Below are positions 10,278 to 21,444 of a DNA stretch of 64,000 nucleotides, piece by piece. Source of the stretch: Savitreella phatthalungensis. Taxonomy: Eukaryota. How positions within the stretch are numbered: position 1 is the stretch's first letter; each line of letters opens with the position of its first letter. Under the pieces are notes generated by a model, which saw nothing but the letters and a program-made list of their open reading frames with translations, was not told the origin of the DNA and made no database searches. A program made the position numbers and the translations under genes. Location: assembly GCA_051599415.1 (NCBI GenBank), contig AP039707.1, forward strand, positions 1 to 64,000, read 5' to 3'.

Positions 10278-11558
10278 ATGACCTCGCAGTTCCACGGCAC
10301 TGCGCAGTACGAGGAGCTCTGTGCGACGTTTGATCCACGTGAGACTGTCACAGAATATGCGCTCCGGCGCATGAAAGAATTAGGTCTCAATACAGAGCCC
10401 GTGGACCTGGACGATCTCGTGAGCCATGCTCAAGCGCAGCCATTGCTGATCAGACAGCGCAATGGACAAATTGTGCTTTCGGTCTGGATGCCGCGGCCTG
10501 AAGGGGAAGGGACCTGGATCAATCGAGTGAGGCGTGAGATTTCACGGGATACTCCTGAAGGTCGATTCTTCAAGTGGATGAAGAGTGATCTCTTCCACCA
10601 CGAGGCCTGGAAGAAGGTGCCACTCTCCGACAGCAGCTACGGCTTCTCAGAAGCCGCTGTTAAGGTCGCATGGTGTCTGCGTCAAATCCACAAGCACCAG
10701 ATCGAAGACCACAAGATGGAGATGAGGTACTTAAAGGTCTTGATCGAGCATGCTTTAGCAGGGAGTTGCGCTCGCTATGATTGCCCGCGGGACTGGTTGA
10801 ACCACGAGATCTACCTGCTGATTGGCTGGGCTCCAGAGCGCAGCGACGACCAGGACCCATCGCCACCGAAGGGATCTCGCTGGACGAGCAACGTATGCGG
10901 CCACAGCATTCGCCCTTACGTTGGACGCACGCAGAGCAATCCGAAGCGAGCGTACAAGCACTTTGGCAGTCGCTTCGCAAAGCAAGATATCGACCAGACT
11001 CTCGAGAAGATCCACCAGGCTGAAGAGGAGCTTTTCGGGGGCTCGAGATCTGGCAACGACGTCAAACACATCTCTCTCGTCATTCACTGGCGAACTGCTC
11101 CGGGCGACGTCAAAGATCTTGAGTCGAATATGATCACAGCTGCCAGGACGCATTTCCTGGAGCTAGGGTGCAATCACGGTGGCAACGAGACTTCGCACTG
11201 GATTTGCCTTCCTTCATTCAACGGCGAACAAAGCGGCAAGCAGCGCTGGAAGACAGCGCATCGCCAGGTCATGGATTGGCTGGACTCCTACCGACCTTCC
11301 CGATTGATGTTGGTGAAAGAGGGACCTCTAGCTGGCTTCATGGTGCCTTCTGCGAATCGCGCGCACGGTATGGGCACCAAGGTCGATCCTGGCTTTCGAA
11401 AAACCTTCCACAACATGGATCTTGCGGTTCGGAATGGCTGCAGGGCTTGTAGGCTCGACTACAACACGCTTGATGTGGCCACAGCCGAGCAGCTGCTACG
11501 CAACGTAGACCCAAGGGCGTCCAGAGGTCCTCATCGCAATCGTTACATGCGCATGTAG
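10278..11558 (+). CDS. Putative GIY-YIG endonuclease domain protein
   Basis: Ordered motifs EIY...PYVGRT..NPKRAYKH...DLESNMI...LGCN fit the GIY-YIG pattern (Y, YxG, R, H, E, N). The spacer between the two Tyr motifs is longer than usual. First ATG at 10278. Confidence 0.65.
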   Translation: MTSQFHGTAQYEELCATFDPRETVTEYALRRMKELGLNTEPVDLDDLVSHAQAQPLLIRQRNGQIVLSVWMPRPEGEGTWINRVRREISRDTPEGRFFKWMKSDLFHHEAWKKVPLSDSSYGFSEAAVKVAWCLRQIHKHQIEDHKMEMRYLKVLIEHALAGSCARYDCPRDWLNHEIYLLIGWAPERSDDQDPSPPKGSRWTSNVCGHSIRPYVGRTQSNPKRAYKHFGSRFAKQDIDQTLEKIHQAEEELFGGSRSGNDVKHISLVIHWRTAPGDVKDLESNMITAARTHFLELGCNHGGNETSHWICLPSFNGEQSGKQRWKTAHRQVMDWLDSYRPSRLMLVKEGPLAGFMVPSANRAHGMGTKVDPGFRKTFHNMDLAVRNGCRACRLDYNTLDVATAEQLLRNVDPRASRGPHRNRYMRM

Positions 11559-12052
11559 CACCCAGCTTTCCTCATTTAAACACGCATACATAGCTTTATG
11601 TGGCTGACGGTGTCATGTTCCTTCGACTGCATTACGACTTGCCACTAAGGAGATTCGACTAGCTGCATGGAGCTTCTTTAGGCCTCACAAGGTTCTCATG
11701 AAGCTTCCTTATCTCGTCCGCATGAAGCTCGCTCACCTGACTGGAGCTTACGCGACCGTGACGCTCACTCAACTGCTCAGAGCTTACTGGACAATATGGA
11801 TCTTCCTCTCACGTCGTGAAAGTTGAGCCCACTCGTCACAGAGCTTTCTCATCTGCATAGAGTGGTACAGCAGTGTAATGGAGTTCAATTGATGATGCAA
11901 TGCCACGCGAGCCAATCCACGTGTCTCTCTTCTAAGGTCCAACAAAGCTATAGCTTGACTTGCGCAGGCGATTGCTTGTTCGCTTGCTCCATTGAAATGC
12001 TACTGTCTCTCACTACTGTGATGGACGGACGCGTCAAAGGCGAGCTCTGATC

Positions 12053-12742
12053 ATGAATGAGCTCAACCGACGTGAGGTCAATGCTCGTGCTGCTTTTCGC
12101 TTTGTGCCAGCTGACCTCCCTGTTCGATCGGCGGATGGTGAGCGTCTGGTCGGGGAGCGTGCTGTGCATCCCTTCCCAGCCCCAGCTGCCCTCGGTAGCT
12201 ATCCGCGACGCCTAGCAGACGAAGAGGTTGATCTGCTTGAAGGCGATACCCCACTTGATGAGGAACTCATCGTCTTACTCTTGCAGGATCCCGACATTCT
12301 TGCAGTCTATCGCCTGCGCCCGCCAAGGTCTGTACTACTGGTGCACGTTTATCGACCGACCGATCTCGAGAAGATCGGCGTGCTCTACAATCTCAGGCGC
12401 AGTCTTGAGTACTGCGTCACCACGCCGCGCCGGACTTTGCTGCTTGAGCAGCGTGCACATGACGTTTATAGGAGCGCAGGCAATCTGAACGCGGCTCTTC
12501 AAAGGATGTTGGACTTCTGCCGTGTGCAGAACAGCCGCGCAGAGTACGTGATGCTGCGACCTGGTCAGGGCGATGATTGGTCGCCTAGAGGACGTACCAC
12601 TGCAGCCCTTGCTATCATCTTTGCGCAGCGCAACACGGCTACTCTCTGGATGCGCCGGCTTGCGCGAGCGCCTGACTCGCGTGAGTATACCGTCAGATTT
12701 GCTCCGCACCCTAGAGATGCTTCTTTCTACTACGTCCCCTAG
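12053..12742 (+). CDS. Orphan protein (229 aa)
   Basis: Intact ATG-to-stop ORF with globular composition and only a faint resemblance to Ulp1/C48-like motifs. Confidence 0.55.
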   Translation: MNELNRREVNARAAFRFVPADLPVRSADGERLVGERAVHPFPAPAALGSYPRRLADEEVDLLEGDTPLDEELIVLLLQDPDILAVYRLRPPRSVLLVHVYRPTDLEKIGVLYNLRRSLEYCVTTPRRTLLLEQRAHDVYRSAGNLNAALQRMLDFCRVQNSRAEYVMLRPGQGDDWSPRGRTTAALAIIFAQRNTATLWMRRLARAPDSREYTVRFAPHPRDASFYYVP

Positions 12743-12941
12743 CTAACGCTCTGATACTAGCAATCTATTGTATTGATACTGTTCATGCACCTGCCGTACC
12801 TTGACAATGACCTTCAGAATGCCCTATCACCATCTCGAGCCACGCTGTTGTAGACCTATGTGTGCTCTCGTATGCTCTGATGTGCTCTCGAGGCCTCATC
12901 CGGCATCTCTCGATATCCTCTAATGCTGCATCTCTAGGTTC

Positions 12942-13784
12942 ATGTCTCAGCGCAACGCCGGACGGGCGAATGTCATCATTGACAGTCGATCCGTCCGCGG
13001 TGCCCTTCCTGCGATGGTCCAGACGTACCTGAAAGCGACCTTGTGCATTGCCTGGCGCAACCAGGAGAATCAGAGCTCGGTCTCAGGCAGTGTCGCTCGC
13101 GAAGCTCTGCAAATTTTGGTCGGTCGCACATACGACCTACAGGACGAGAACGAACTCTATGCCTTCCAGGTGGACTTCGTGAACATTTTGCGCGGAGACA
13201 TCAACCCCGAGCGGACGCAGATGCGCAGAGGTCGCGCCGCGAGCTAGCCGACAAGACAGCGCAGCTGGAGGCGACGACAGCGCAGGTTCAGTGTCTGACA
13301 ACGCTGACCGAGAGACGTCAAGTCTAAGCAGACGCAGGCGCGCAGAGAAGCCGTCACGAGCGTGAGACCACGAAGACCCAGCTTGAGACCACAACAGCGC
13401 AGCTGCAGTCAACAACAGCGCGGCTTCGAGCTGCTCTGTCTTGTCGCCTAGCTCGTGGCGAGATTCGCATCTGCGTCCGCTTGGAGTTGACGTTGCTCGT
13501 CGAGCGCCGTTATTGACTGAACCTTTGCTGTCGTGGCCCCGAGCTGCGTTGTCTTGTCCTCCGGCCGATGATGATATTTCTCTGCGCGTCTGCGTCTGCT
13601 TGGACTTGACGTTCTTTGGCGAGTGTCGTCACAAAGTCCAGCTCGTGGCGAGACCTCTCCACATCTGCTTCTGCTTGGAGTCGACGTTCCCGAACAGAAT
13701 TGTCGCGAAGTCCACGAGAAATGCATAGGCTTCGTCCTCGTCTTGTAGATCGTATTTGCGACCGACCAAATTCTTCAGAGCTTC
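12942..13784 (+). ncRNA. Candidate hairpin locus 2: short ORF 12942-13247 followed by a mosaic inverted repeat
   Basis: 13101-13247 is the diverged reverse complement of ~13638-13784. Inner antisense modules at ~13428-13490, ~13513-13557 and ~13578-13612 pair with ~13200-13268, ~13250-13295 and ~13315-13348. Confidence 0.5.
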
Positions 13785-15559
13785 ATATGTCAGCGGCTAT
13801 GTGTGCCGCTGCTGCTTCACAGCGAGTTCTCTCTACGATTGCTGCTGCACTCTTTCGTCGGTGCTAAGCTCAATGTAGTCATCTTCTTCTGATCTTGCCG
13901 AATTCGAAACAGCTGTCTGCCGCATTGTTTCGCTTCACTCGATATCACCACCTCTCGTGTGATCTTGGTAGACTCGACGTGGATCTTCCCGGTACCGCCT
14001 GGCTTTCCTCACGGCCTCTCGTGGTTTTCTCTTGACTTCTCGCGGCTCCTCATTACTCCTCGTGACAAATTGACGGAAATCCACCTCCATATCGTGGTCT
14101 CGCTCAAAGCGCTGTCGATTCTTCTCTCGTGAACTCACTGAACTCGATATCAATCTTATTTTTTACCATCGTCATCGATTCTGGTGCGCTTGTTGTTGAT
14201 CCTGCGTCGTGCCCAGTGACCGTCCGAAGAAGGGCGTGTTGAGGGCACGATCTAACATCCTTGTGAGACCACTCGAATGCAGGTGATCATATTGCTATCA
14301 GCGACAACCGTTCAAGCGAGTGCTAATATACCTGATGACACTCTCCAGGCTTCCCTGAGCGTCACAACAGTAGCATGTTCGAGGTGCGATTGCCAGCGTA
14401 CGCTGCCTGCTGCCACTGACTGCATAAGCGTCGTGTCGCCTGCTGCTCGTCGTTTGATTGTGCTGTCGCTCGAATGCGCCAGCGGCTCCATGTCTGACTT
14501 GTGCAGCCCTTCTCCAGAGGTTGGCTAAAGGCGCAGATGCCTTGCAAGAGAGCTATTTGGCGGTAGTTCATCCTGCTCTTGTGCTTTGGTTGACTAGGCC
14601 TTGCAATCGCTCCTGGACGCGGATCAGCACATTTGGTCCACACGTTGGTTGTCACTTTACCCTTTGCCGTACACGTTGCTCACACGATCTTGCACACATT
14701 TTCACATGATGCCATGCTCATTTCTACTTGCTTCTTTCTCGACTTCATCCCCCAGATGGCTTTTCCTGCTTTATCACTGTCCTATTATTGTATTGAATGG
14801 TCTCGAAGACGATTGCACTGCAACAGTCATACGCATTGCAACTCAAAACAACATGTAAAAAGAGTTCAGCTCCAGAAGACGAACATTTCTTGTATCATTG
14901 AGCATGACGGCAGCGACGTCTCAATTTACTCATCGACAAACAGCGAGTGAAACGAGCCCAATTCGACTCGTCTAGGTCGATCGGATCTGTCCCGATTCGC
15001 ATCACAATTCTATCCATAGATCACACGCAGCATATGTGGCTAGGACTTGCTTCCAGATCGATGAACTTCTTCATGGGTAATCATGTTGATCGGACTATGG
15101 ATAGAGTCAAGATTTGAAAGTGTGAATTCAAACCACTGGATGATACTATGTCTCTGCTTTCTTTGCATGATTAAATTATGGACCGATCGACCCGGCACTA
15201 TGGTCTCTCGATAAAGGAATGCCGTGAGGGTGTATCTTAGATCAGGCTCCTTCAAATCGATGATCATCGATGCCCAGCTGAGCCATGAGCAGTCTTCTTT
15301 CTTTTGTAGAAATACACGGTGTGCAGGCCTGGGGCTCTGGACGAACCAGCGCAAGGCTCAATTTCACGGCGAGTGTATTGGCAAGGCACTAAGAGCGTGG
15401 TCCCTGTCCTGTCACGACGTCCGCACCTTCCAGTCCAGCTGTTCCTGATTCAGGTCGCGTCGCGCCATTGATACAGCGTCACGCACGCAATTCGACAAGC
15501 ATGCATTAATGTTACATTGGCGTCCCTTTGCGCCATGATCGACATTTCCGATCGCTTCG

Positions 15560-16288
15560 CTACCGCCTGCCGTCGCGAATCCTGGAGGAGCGGCGCGGTG
15601 ATTCCTGCGGCTCTGGCGTGTCCTCATCGACGTCCTTTAGCCTCGTATTCGTTCTCCTGTTGCCCGCCTTCGGGGTCAGGGGCACGCCGAATCCTGGTGA
15701 AGGCTCCTTTGTGCGTGTGCTGGAACGCTTCTTGGGCGTCACTGGCGTATCAAAATCGAAGCTTCGCTCGTCGAATGGTGAATTCAGGCCGCGCTGCTGA
15801 TTGAAGTATCCCGGGAGGTCATTTGTTATTGCGGACATCCGGTTGACGGCGGGCTGCTGTGGAGCGACGTGGGGGGATGCAGGCTCTGGCGCGTGCCTGC
15901 GCACCAGTAGGAGAAGTCGCTTCCTGGTCTGTGCGAGTGTATGCGGCCATGAGCGTCCCTCCTGTCTGATGACACGCTTGGCGACTCTGGACAGGAGTGC
16001 CGGTGGTGGTGCGCTGGCGACAAATGGCGGATTCTGGTGGGAATAGCTGATGACCTCAGCGTTGTAAACAGTCAAAAGCCTGTCCTCCTGTGCCTGACCC
16101 CAATCCGACTCCATCGCGTCATCCCCGTCGCTCGATAGCATGCTGGCGGATGAGGTCGTCCGTGCGGGCTGTGGACGATGTGTGTATGATGCGCTGGACG
16201 CGATCGAAGGCGTACGCAGCGATGGATCGCAGTCAAGCGAGTATTGCGGCACGCGCAGGTGAAGATCTGCTGCGCGATTGCGCGGCAT
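15560..16288 (-). CDS. Hypothetical fungal protein (242 aa)
   Basis: Intact ORF with a compact domain (W..AQED.LL..Y...PPF...PP..L.RVAK...WPHTLAQTRKRL) flanked by disordered S/P-rich tails. First gene of the core block. Confidence 0.7.
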   Translation of the reverse strand: MPRNRAADLHLRVPQYSLDCDPSLRTPSIASSASYTHRPQPARTTSSASMLSSDGDDAMESDWGQAQEDRLLTVYNAEVISYSHQNPPFVASAPPPALLSRVAKRVIRQEGRSWPHTLAQTRKRLLLLVRRHAPEPASPHVAPQQPAVNRMSAITNDLPGYFNQQRGLNSPFDERSFDFDTPVTPKKRSSTRTKEPSPGFGVPLTPKAGNRRTNTRLKDVDEDTPEPQESPRRSSRIRDGRR

Positions 16289-16458
16289 CGCGAGCGCTCG
16301 ATCGTGGCCGATGGTGACGTCGTCTTATGATATATGGGTTTATTATGATTTGGACGATCGAACCCGATTGACCTATGATCTAAGCCTTGCATGAATCGAT
16401 CGAATCAAATCTTGGCTTTCGGGATCCACGGGGTTGGATGCATACAATTTCGAAAATC

Positions 16459-18483
16459 TTACGTACTAGTGAGGAGGAAAAAATAGAGGTATGCAGTGCG
16501 GTCAGCTTGGTCGACGTCGATGCCGCGGACGACGCGCTCGTCATTGAATAGAGTCCAGCCCTCCTTAGTCCGGCAGAAAGCGACGTAATGGCCTGCATGG
16601 ACGCTCGCACCCTTGTGACAGGCCATGGCTTGCAATGTGTACGGGCCTGGGACGCTGCCGCCGGCCGGCTTAGCAGTCGGGGCTTCCTTGCCGGAAACAA
16701 GCCATTCCATGGCGGCATCGAATCCAGTGGTGTACTTCAGAGCAGCTTCACAGCGGTCTTTCGGGAAGCCCATATCCATGAGCAGACTCAATGTCGGATC
16801 GTCCTCTTCTGCCCCGTCTCCCGCGCCAGAAAACAACCACTCCATGGCTCCCTCGACTTCCGGATTGTGTTTGAGGGCGGCGATGCACTTGTCTCTAGGG
16901 AATCCCATTTCCTGTAGCTGTGATAGAGCTGCCTCGTCGACTGCATTGGATTCAGAATCTGGAAGGGGTTCTTCGCCCGGTTGTCTACCCTTCGCCCTGA
17001 GAGTGTCAAGGGAGAAGTCATTTGCCCTAACAGGGACCTCAAGCTTAACAGGCACCCAATTCTTGAGCTCAAACCTGCCTGGGTTGAGAACAAGCACGTC
17101 GGGAAATGTGAGAAATCGCGTGGAACGTATGGCACCCTCGAACGAGCCACACGCGCACTTGTAGTCGACGCGTTCCTCGCCTGTGTAGATCCTGAGCAGT
17201 TCCTCGACGGAGACGCCGGCGTCTCCTGGTGGCACGAGCACCGATACGTTGTCCTGCGTCGTGGTTGAATAACCGACTCGCTTACATCCCAGACACTGCG
17301 TCCTCTGCTCTGCCTCGAATCTGAAGCTGTCGACCGGCGAGGCGTCGAGCTTGTCAATCTTGGACGAGAGGTACAGAAGAAACTCAAATGCGTCCTGCTG
17401 GCGCATCGAGCCGAACTCGGGATGTCCCTTGCCGATAAGAGACTTCAGCAGGGCGGGCGAAATGCTCTCATACCTGCCACTCAAGAGGCCGTCTCCGATT
17501 CGGCGCATCTGCACATCCAAGTCGCCTGCCGGGTCGTGTACAGGTCGCGGCGCCTGACCAAATCGCTCCTTGAAAGCGGGCAAGGTGAAGAGGCATTGAA
17601 CGACACTCGCGAGGTAGCAGGAGTTGCCGAGGTTCCGCATGCCTGTCAGACCTGGGCCGGAAAGAGGCTCGCCTGCTTCATCCAGTGAAAACTCCCATTT
17701 GAGATTCTGCTCGAGCTGCAGCTCTTGTAACGAAAGTTCTGTCTTAACAGTCTTGCCGAGGTCGACGCCAAAGTGTGACAGATGGGAGGCGAGCTCCGGG
17801 TCGATGCGCTCCTCGTCGCATACGTAGCAGTAGATGTCCGCCGTCCCTTCCGGAGTGATAGAGCCGAGCTTCACGGCGACAGAGTGACCAGTCGTATCCA
17901 CGTGCCGCACACCATGGCCATTGCCGCCAACGCCGCCAAATTGCTGCCTCCCACATGCGACATTGCCGCACACAAGACACATCCACAGATTGGAATCGAG
18001 TTGGCAGTCTGAGCACGTCTTCGCAGGCGCTTCCTTACCCTGTAGCTGCTCCAGGCAAAGGACGTGCTCGCAAGACGTCAGCTCCTGCTCCCATGCCTGA
18101 ACCTCTTCCTGCTGGGCTGATGACAGGGCTTCTAGGACGATGCGTGCCAAATCGTCCGGAATTTCGATCTCTCCGCATTCATAGCATCTCGCTGCCGATG
18201 TCGTCTCGTACCGCTCAGCATCTGTCTCGCGGTTGATTGCAAGCTTCTCAATGGGTTTGTCTGCCTTTGGCCGTTCCTTCCGGCGCACGTTCAGCACGAC
18301 GCGATGTCCCGTCAGTTCATGATGGGCTTTGCTGTGGCCACGGTCGATGCAGCCTGCTTGGAAGCACGTGAGACAGACGTCGACACCGGATGCATCGTCC
18401 TGCGAGCAGAAGCAGTGACAGCATTCGTCGCGGTATACTTTGGCTGGCCGCGAAGGTACAGGGATGTGGGTACAGGCTGCCAT
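16459..18483 (-). CDS. UBP14: Ubiquitin C-terminal hydrolase 14 (USP5/13 family)
   Basis: ZnF-UBP domains, Cys box [23 protein letters not shown], two UBA domains (MGFP), His box HAGHYVA. Confidence 0.96.
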   Translation of the reverse strand: MAACTHIPVPSRPAKVYRDECCHCFCSQDDASGVDVCLTCFQAGCIDRGHSKAHHELTGHRVVLNVRRKERPKADKPIEKLAINRETDAERYETTSAARCYECGEIEIPDDLARIVLEALSSAQQEEVQAWEQELTSCEHVLCLEQLQGKEAPAKTCSDCQLDSNLWMCLVCGNVACGRQQFGGVGGNGHGVRHVDTTGHSVAVKLGSITPEGTADIYCYVCDEERIDPELASHLSHFGVDLGKTVKTELSLQELQLEQNLKWEFSLDEAGEPLSGPGLTGMRNLGNSCYLASVVQCLFTLPAFKERFGQAPRPVHDPAGDLDVQMRRIGDGLLSGRYESISPALLKSLIGKGHPEFGSMRQQDAFEFLLYLSSKIDKLDASPVDSFRFEAEQRTQCLGCKRVGYSTTTQDNVSVLVPPGDAGVSVEELLRIYTGEERVDYKCACGSFEGAIRSTRFLTFPDVLVLNPGRFELKNWVPVKLEVPVRANDFSLDTLRAKGRQPGEEPLPDSESNAVDEAALSQLQEMGFPRDKCIAALKHNPEVEGAMEWLFSGAGDGAEEDDPTLSLLMDMGFPKDRCEAALKYTTGFDAAMEWLVSGKEAPTAKPAGGSVPGPYTLQAMACHKGASVHAGHYVAFCRTKEGWTLFNDERVVRGIDVDQADRTAYLYFFLLTST

Positions 18484-18565
18484 GGCTCGTCTCTTCATGG
18501 AAGATGCGTGCTTGCTCACGCGCCAATGTATTTCAATTCATAAAATACCGTACGTCACGCACAAA

Positions 18566-19771
18566 ATGGAGATTTCGATCACGACGACGCGCGTCGCATT
18601 GCTAACGGGCATGACGGTCGAGGACCCATACTCGCGGCTGAAAACGCTACAGCGACACCTAGAGACGCTCGACATACAGGAGAAGTTCATCAAAGAGGAC
18701 CAGAAATCCTTGAGACGGGAATTCGTACGTGCGCAAGAGGAGGTCAAGCGAATCCGGTCTGTGCCGCTTGTCATCGGCCAGTTTCTCGAAGCGATTGATG
18801 AGAATACAGGCATCGTCGGTAGTACGACAGGTACCAGCCATGTCGTGCGTATCTTATCAACACTGGATCGCGAGCTGCTGAAGCCATCTGCTTCGGTTGC
18901 CCTCCATCGGCACTCGAATGCCCTTGTGGACATTCTCCCTCCAGAGGCCGATTCATCGATCCAGATGCTGCGTGCAGATGAGCGTCCCGATGTGACGTAC
19001 GCTGATGTTGGTGGACTCGACATCCAAAAGCAGGAGATTCGTGAAGCCGTAGAGCTGCCGCTTCAGCAAATGGAGCTGTACAAGCAGATTGGCATCGAGC
19101 CACCTCGCGGCGTGCTGCTGTACGGGCCACCTGGTACAGGTAAGACGATGTTGGTCAAAGCAGTCGCCAATTCGACTGAGGCTTCCTTTATTCGCGTCGT
19201 CGGCTCCGAGTTTGTGCAGAAATACCTTGGAGAAGGTCCCCGAATGGTTAGAGACGTCTTCAGGCTTGCGCGAGAGAATTCTCCCTGCATTATTTTCATC
19301 GATGAAGTCGACGCAATCGCTACGAAGCGATTCGACGCTCAGACAGGAGCCGACCGCGAGGTCCAGCGCATCTTGCTTGAGCTCCTCAATCAAATGGACG
19401 GCTTCGATCAGACCTCAAACGTCAAGGTCATCATGGCCACGAACCGCGCAGACACGCTTGATCCGGCGCTCCTTCGGCCTGGACGACTAGACCGAAAGAT
19501 CGAATTCCCATCGCTCAAGGACAGGAGGCAACGCAGACTGATCTTCAGTACGATTGCGTCCAAGATGTCCCTATCACCAGAAGTAGACCTGGACACCTTC
19601 ATTCTACGACCAGATGCAGCCTCCGGCGCACAGATCGCTTCGATCATGCAGGATGCTGGCCTTATCGCCGTTCGCAAGTCACGATACGTTATTCTTCAGC
19701 AGGACATTGAGGAGGCATATGCGAAGCTGCACAAGACTGACGAGGTAGGTAAATTCGACTTTTACAAGTAG
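18566..19771 (+). CDS. RPT3: 26S proteasome regulatory AAA-ATPase Rpt3
   Basis: [34 protein letters not shown]-terminal FDFYK. Start is at 18566 or 18611. Confidence 0.97.
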   Translation: MEISITTTRVALLTGMTVEDPYSRLKTLQRHLETLDIQEKFIKEDQKSLRREFVRAQEEVKRIRSVPLVIGQFLEAIDENTGIVGSTTGTSHVVRILSTLDRELLKPSASVALHRHSNALVDILPPEADSSIQMLRADERPDVTYADVGGLDIQKQEIREAVELPLQQMELYKQIGIEPPRGVLLYGPPGTGKTMLVKAVANSTEASFIRVVGSEFVQKYLGEGPRMVRDVFRLARENSPCIIFIDEVDAIATKRFDAQTGADREVQRILLELLNQMDGFDQTSNVKVIMATNRADTLDPALLRPGRLDRKIEFPSLKDRRQRRLIFSTIASKMSLSPEVDLDTFILRPDAASGAQIASIMQDAGLIAVRKSRYVILQQDIEEAYAKLHKTDEVGKFDFYK

Positions 19772-20045
19772 TCTAGCGAGCGAGGTAGAGCATAATGAAG
19801 CACTGATGAGAAATAAGGTCTTCATGACGAAGAAGTAGACCCAGTATATCCGCATGGACGAGATGATCCTGATCTAGTCTCTTTGTATGCTGTGCATCAC
19901 CAGATGCCTGCCTCGTGGATTCCCAGAAGCAATCACAAATGCAGACTCGAGAGATTGAGCCAACAGAGAGGGGGCAAAACAAAAGGTGCAAACAAGAGGG
20001 AGCAAAGTAAAAAGAGCAAAAAAGAGGAAAAAGCAAAAGGAAATC

Positions 20046-20117
20046 TAGCGCTAGTAGGGCTCGATCCTACGATCTCCGGGTTATGGGCCCGGCGCCATAC
20101 CACTTGGCCATAGCGCT
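20046..20117 (-). tRNA. Initiator tRNA-Met (CAU)
   Basis: AGCGCTATGGCCAAGTGGTATGGCGCCGGGCCCATAACCCGGAGATCGTAGGATCGAGCCCTACTAGCGCTA: A1-U72 pair, GGG/CCC anticodon stem, GATCG T-loop typical of eukaryotic initiator tRNAs. Confidence 0.95.
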
Positions 20118-20203
20118 GATAGAAATATTGCCCAAAAATGTCAATTATGTACCACTTGACAAGGCTGCTCTATTTTTATCGTCCGAGCCTCTCTTGAAGC
20201 CGT

Positions 20204-21391
20204 ATGGCCTTGCGTTTCGCGCTGGCGCTCTTCTCGCCTTCATACTTGCATCCAGATGAATGGCTACAGGGTCCGCAGCCGGCATACGCGATTCTACGCC
20301 AGAGGAATGCGGCTCTGACCTGGGAATTCTCCGGTGAGCAACCAGTGCGATCGATCTTGCCAATCCTTCTGTTCAACGGCCCGCTGCTGGCCCTCGTCCC
20401 GGGCTCGCCGACGTGGCTGCTATACGCGACAAGGGTCCAGGCATGGCTCGTGTCCTGTGTCGTTGCAGCACTACTACCGGAAGCTTGCGGATTGTGGCCG
20501 ATGCTGACTTTCCTCGTCCGGCCTTTTTCCAATACGGCCGAGACGCTCCTGGTGTTGTCGGTCGAGCGGCTGTCGCGGAGCAGAGGCAGTGTCTTGCTCG
20601 GTGCACTCATCGGTCTGGGCCTGTTCACTCGCATTTCATTCGCTGCTTGGATCGCGCCGCTCGGTGTTCGATTGCTTCGTCGAGGCGTATCATTCGGAGA
20701 CGCTTTCAGAACAGTGGCAGGCGCTCTATCGACGATCCTTCTGAGCGTGCTCACCGATTACCTTTACTATGGTAGGCTGACTCTGACGCCGCTCAACAAC
20801 TTGATGTACAATAGCGACTCAGGCAACCTATCACAGCATGGCCTTCATCCGCATTATCTCCACATGCTGAATTTGCTCATCTTACTTGGCCCGCTAGCAT
20901 TGCAGAGCTGGTCTCTTGCGGATGCTCGCGTACAGGGTGCTCTTCTGGGTACGCTCATCTTATCTCTTGCACCTCACCAGGAGATGCGCTTCCTCTTGCC
21001 AGGCTGGGCATTGCTTGTATCCGCTAGTCGACTGCGTAAGAGTAGATTCATGCTTCCTTACACCGTGGCCCTGGTACTGTTCTACGGATTTCTGCACCAA
21101 TCCCAGGTCATCACTACGGCAACGCGACTCGCAACTATCTGCGGGAACGGTACAGCAACTTGGATCAAGTCTTATCCTGCGCCGGGCATGCTGCTCGGGG
21201 ATTGTGACGTTGTCCACCTCTACGGAGACGCTGCAACCGCAACGACCTTTCCTACGGACTATGTGGTGGCGCCTAGATCTCTCGGTTTGCCGTTCCGTGA
21301 AGTATCGAGTTCTCTATTCTACTTCAATCTTGACGATCCCGGCTGGCCAGCTGGACTTTCAATTTACGATAAACGCGAGCACGGAAAATAA
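20204..21391 (+). CDS. SMP3: GPI mannosyltransferase 4 (Glyco_transf_22, PIG-Z family)
   Basis: YLHPDE..QGP, TWEF, R.FSNTAE, HGLHP.Y.H and PHQE.RFLLP motifs; multi-pass hydrophobic protein. Confidence 0.88.
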   Translation: MALRFALALFSPSYLHPDEWLQGPQPAYAILRQRNAALTWEFSGEQPVRSILPILLFNGPLLALVPGSPTWLLYATRVQAWLVSCVVAALLPEACGLWPMLTFLVRPFSNTAETLLVLSVERLSRSRGSVLLGALIGLGLFTRISFAAWIAPLGVRLLRRGVSFGDAFRTVAGALSTILLSVLTDYLYYGRLTLTPLNNLMYNSDSGNLSQHGLHPHYLHMLNLLILLGPLALQSWSLADARVQGALLGTLILSLAPHQEMRFLLPGWALLVSASRLRKSRFMLPYTVALVLFYGFLHQSQVITTATRLATICGNGTATWIKSYPAPGMLLGDCDVVHLYGDAATATTFPTDYVVAPRSLGLPFREVSSSLFYFNLDDPGWPAGLSIYDKREHGK

Positions 21392-21444
21392 AGATATTCA
21401 TGCTAGAAAATGACGTACCCAGAACCTCGTAGCAATCTCCCACC

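Noticed and set aside
280..15400. Telomere-linked RecQ helicase, telomeric retrotransposon or Starship captain
   Set aside because: No helicase, reverse transcriptase or tyrosine recombinase motifs were recognised in the ORFs.
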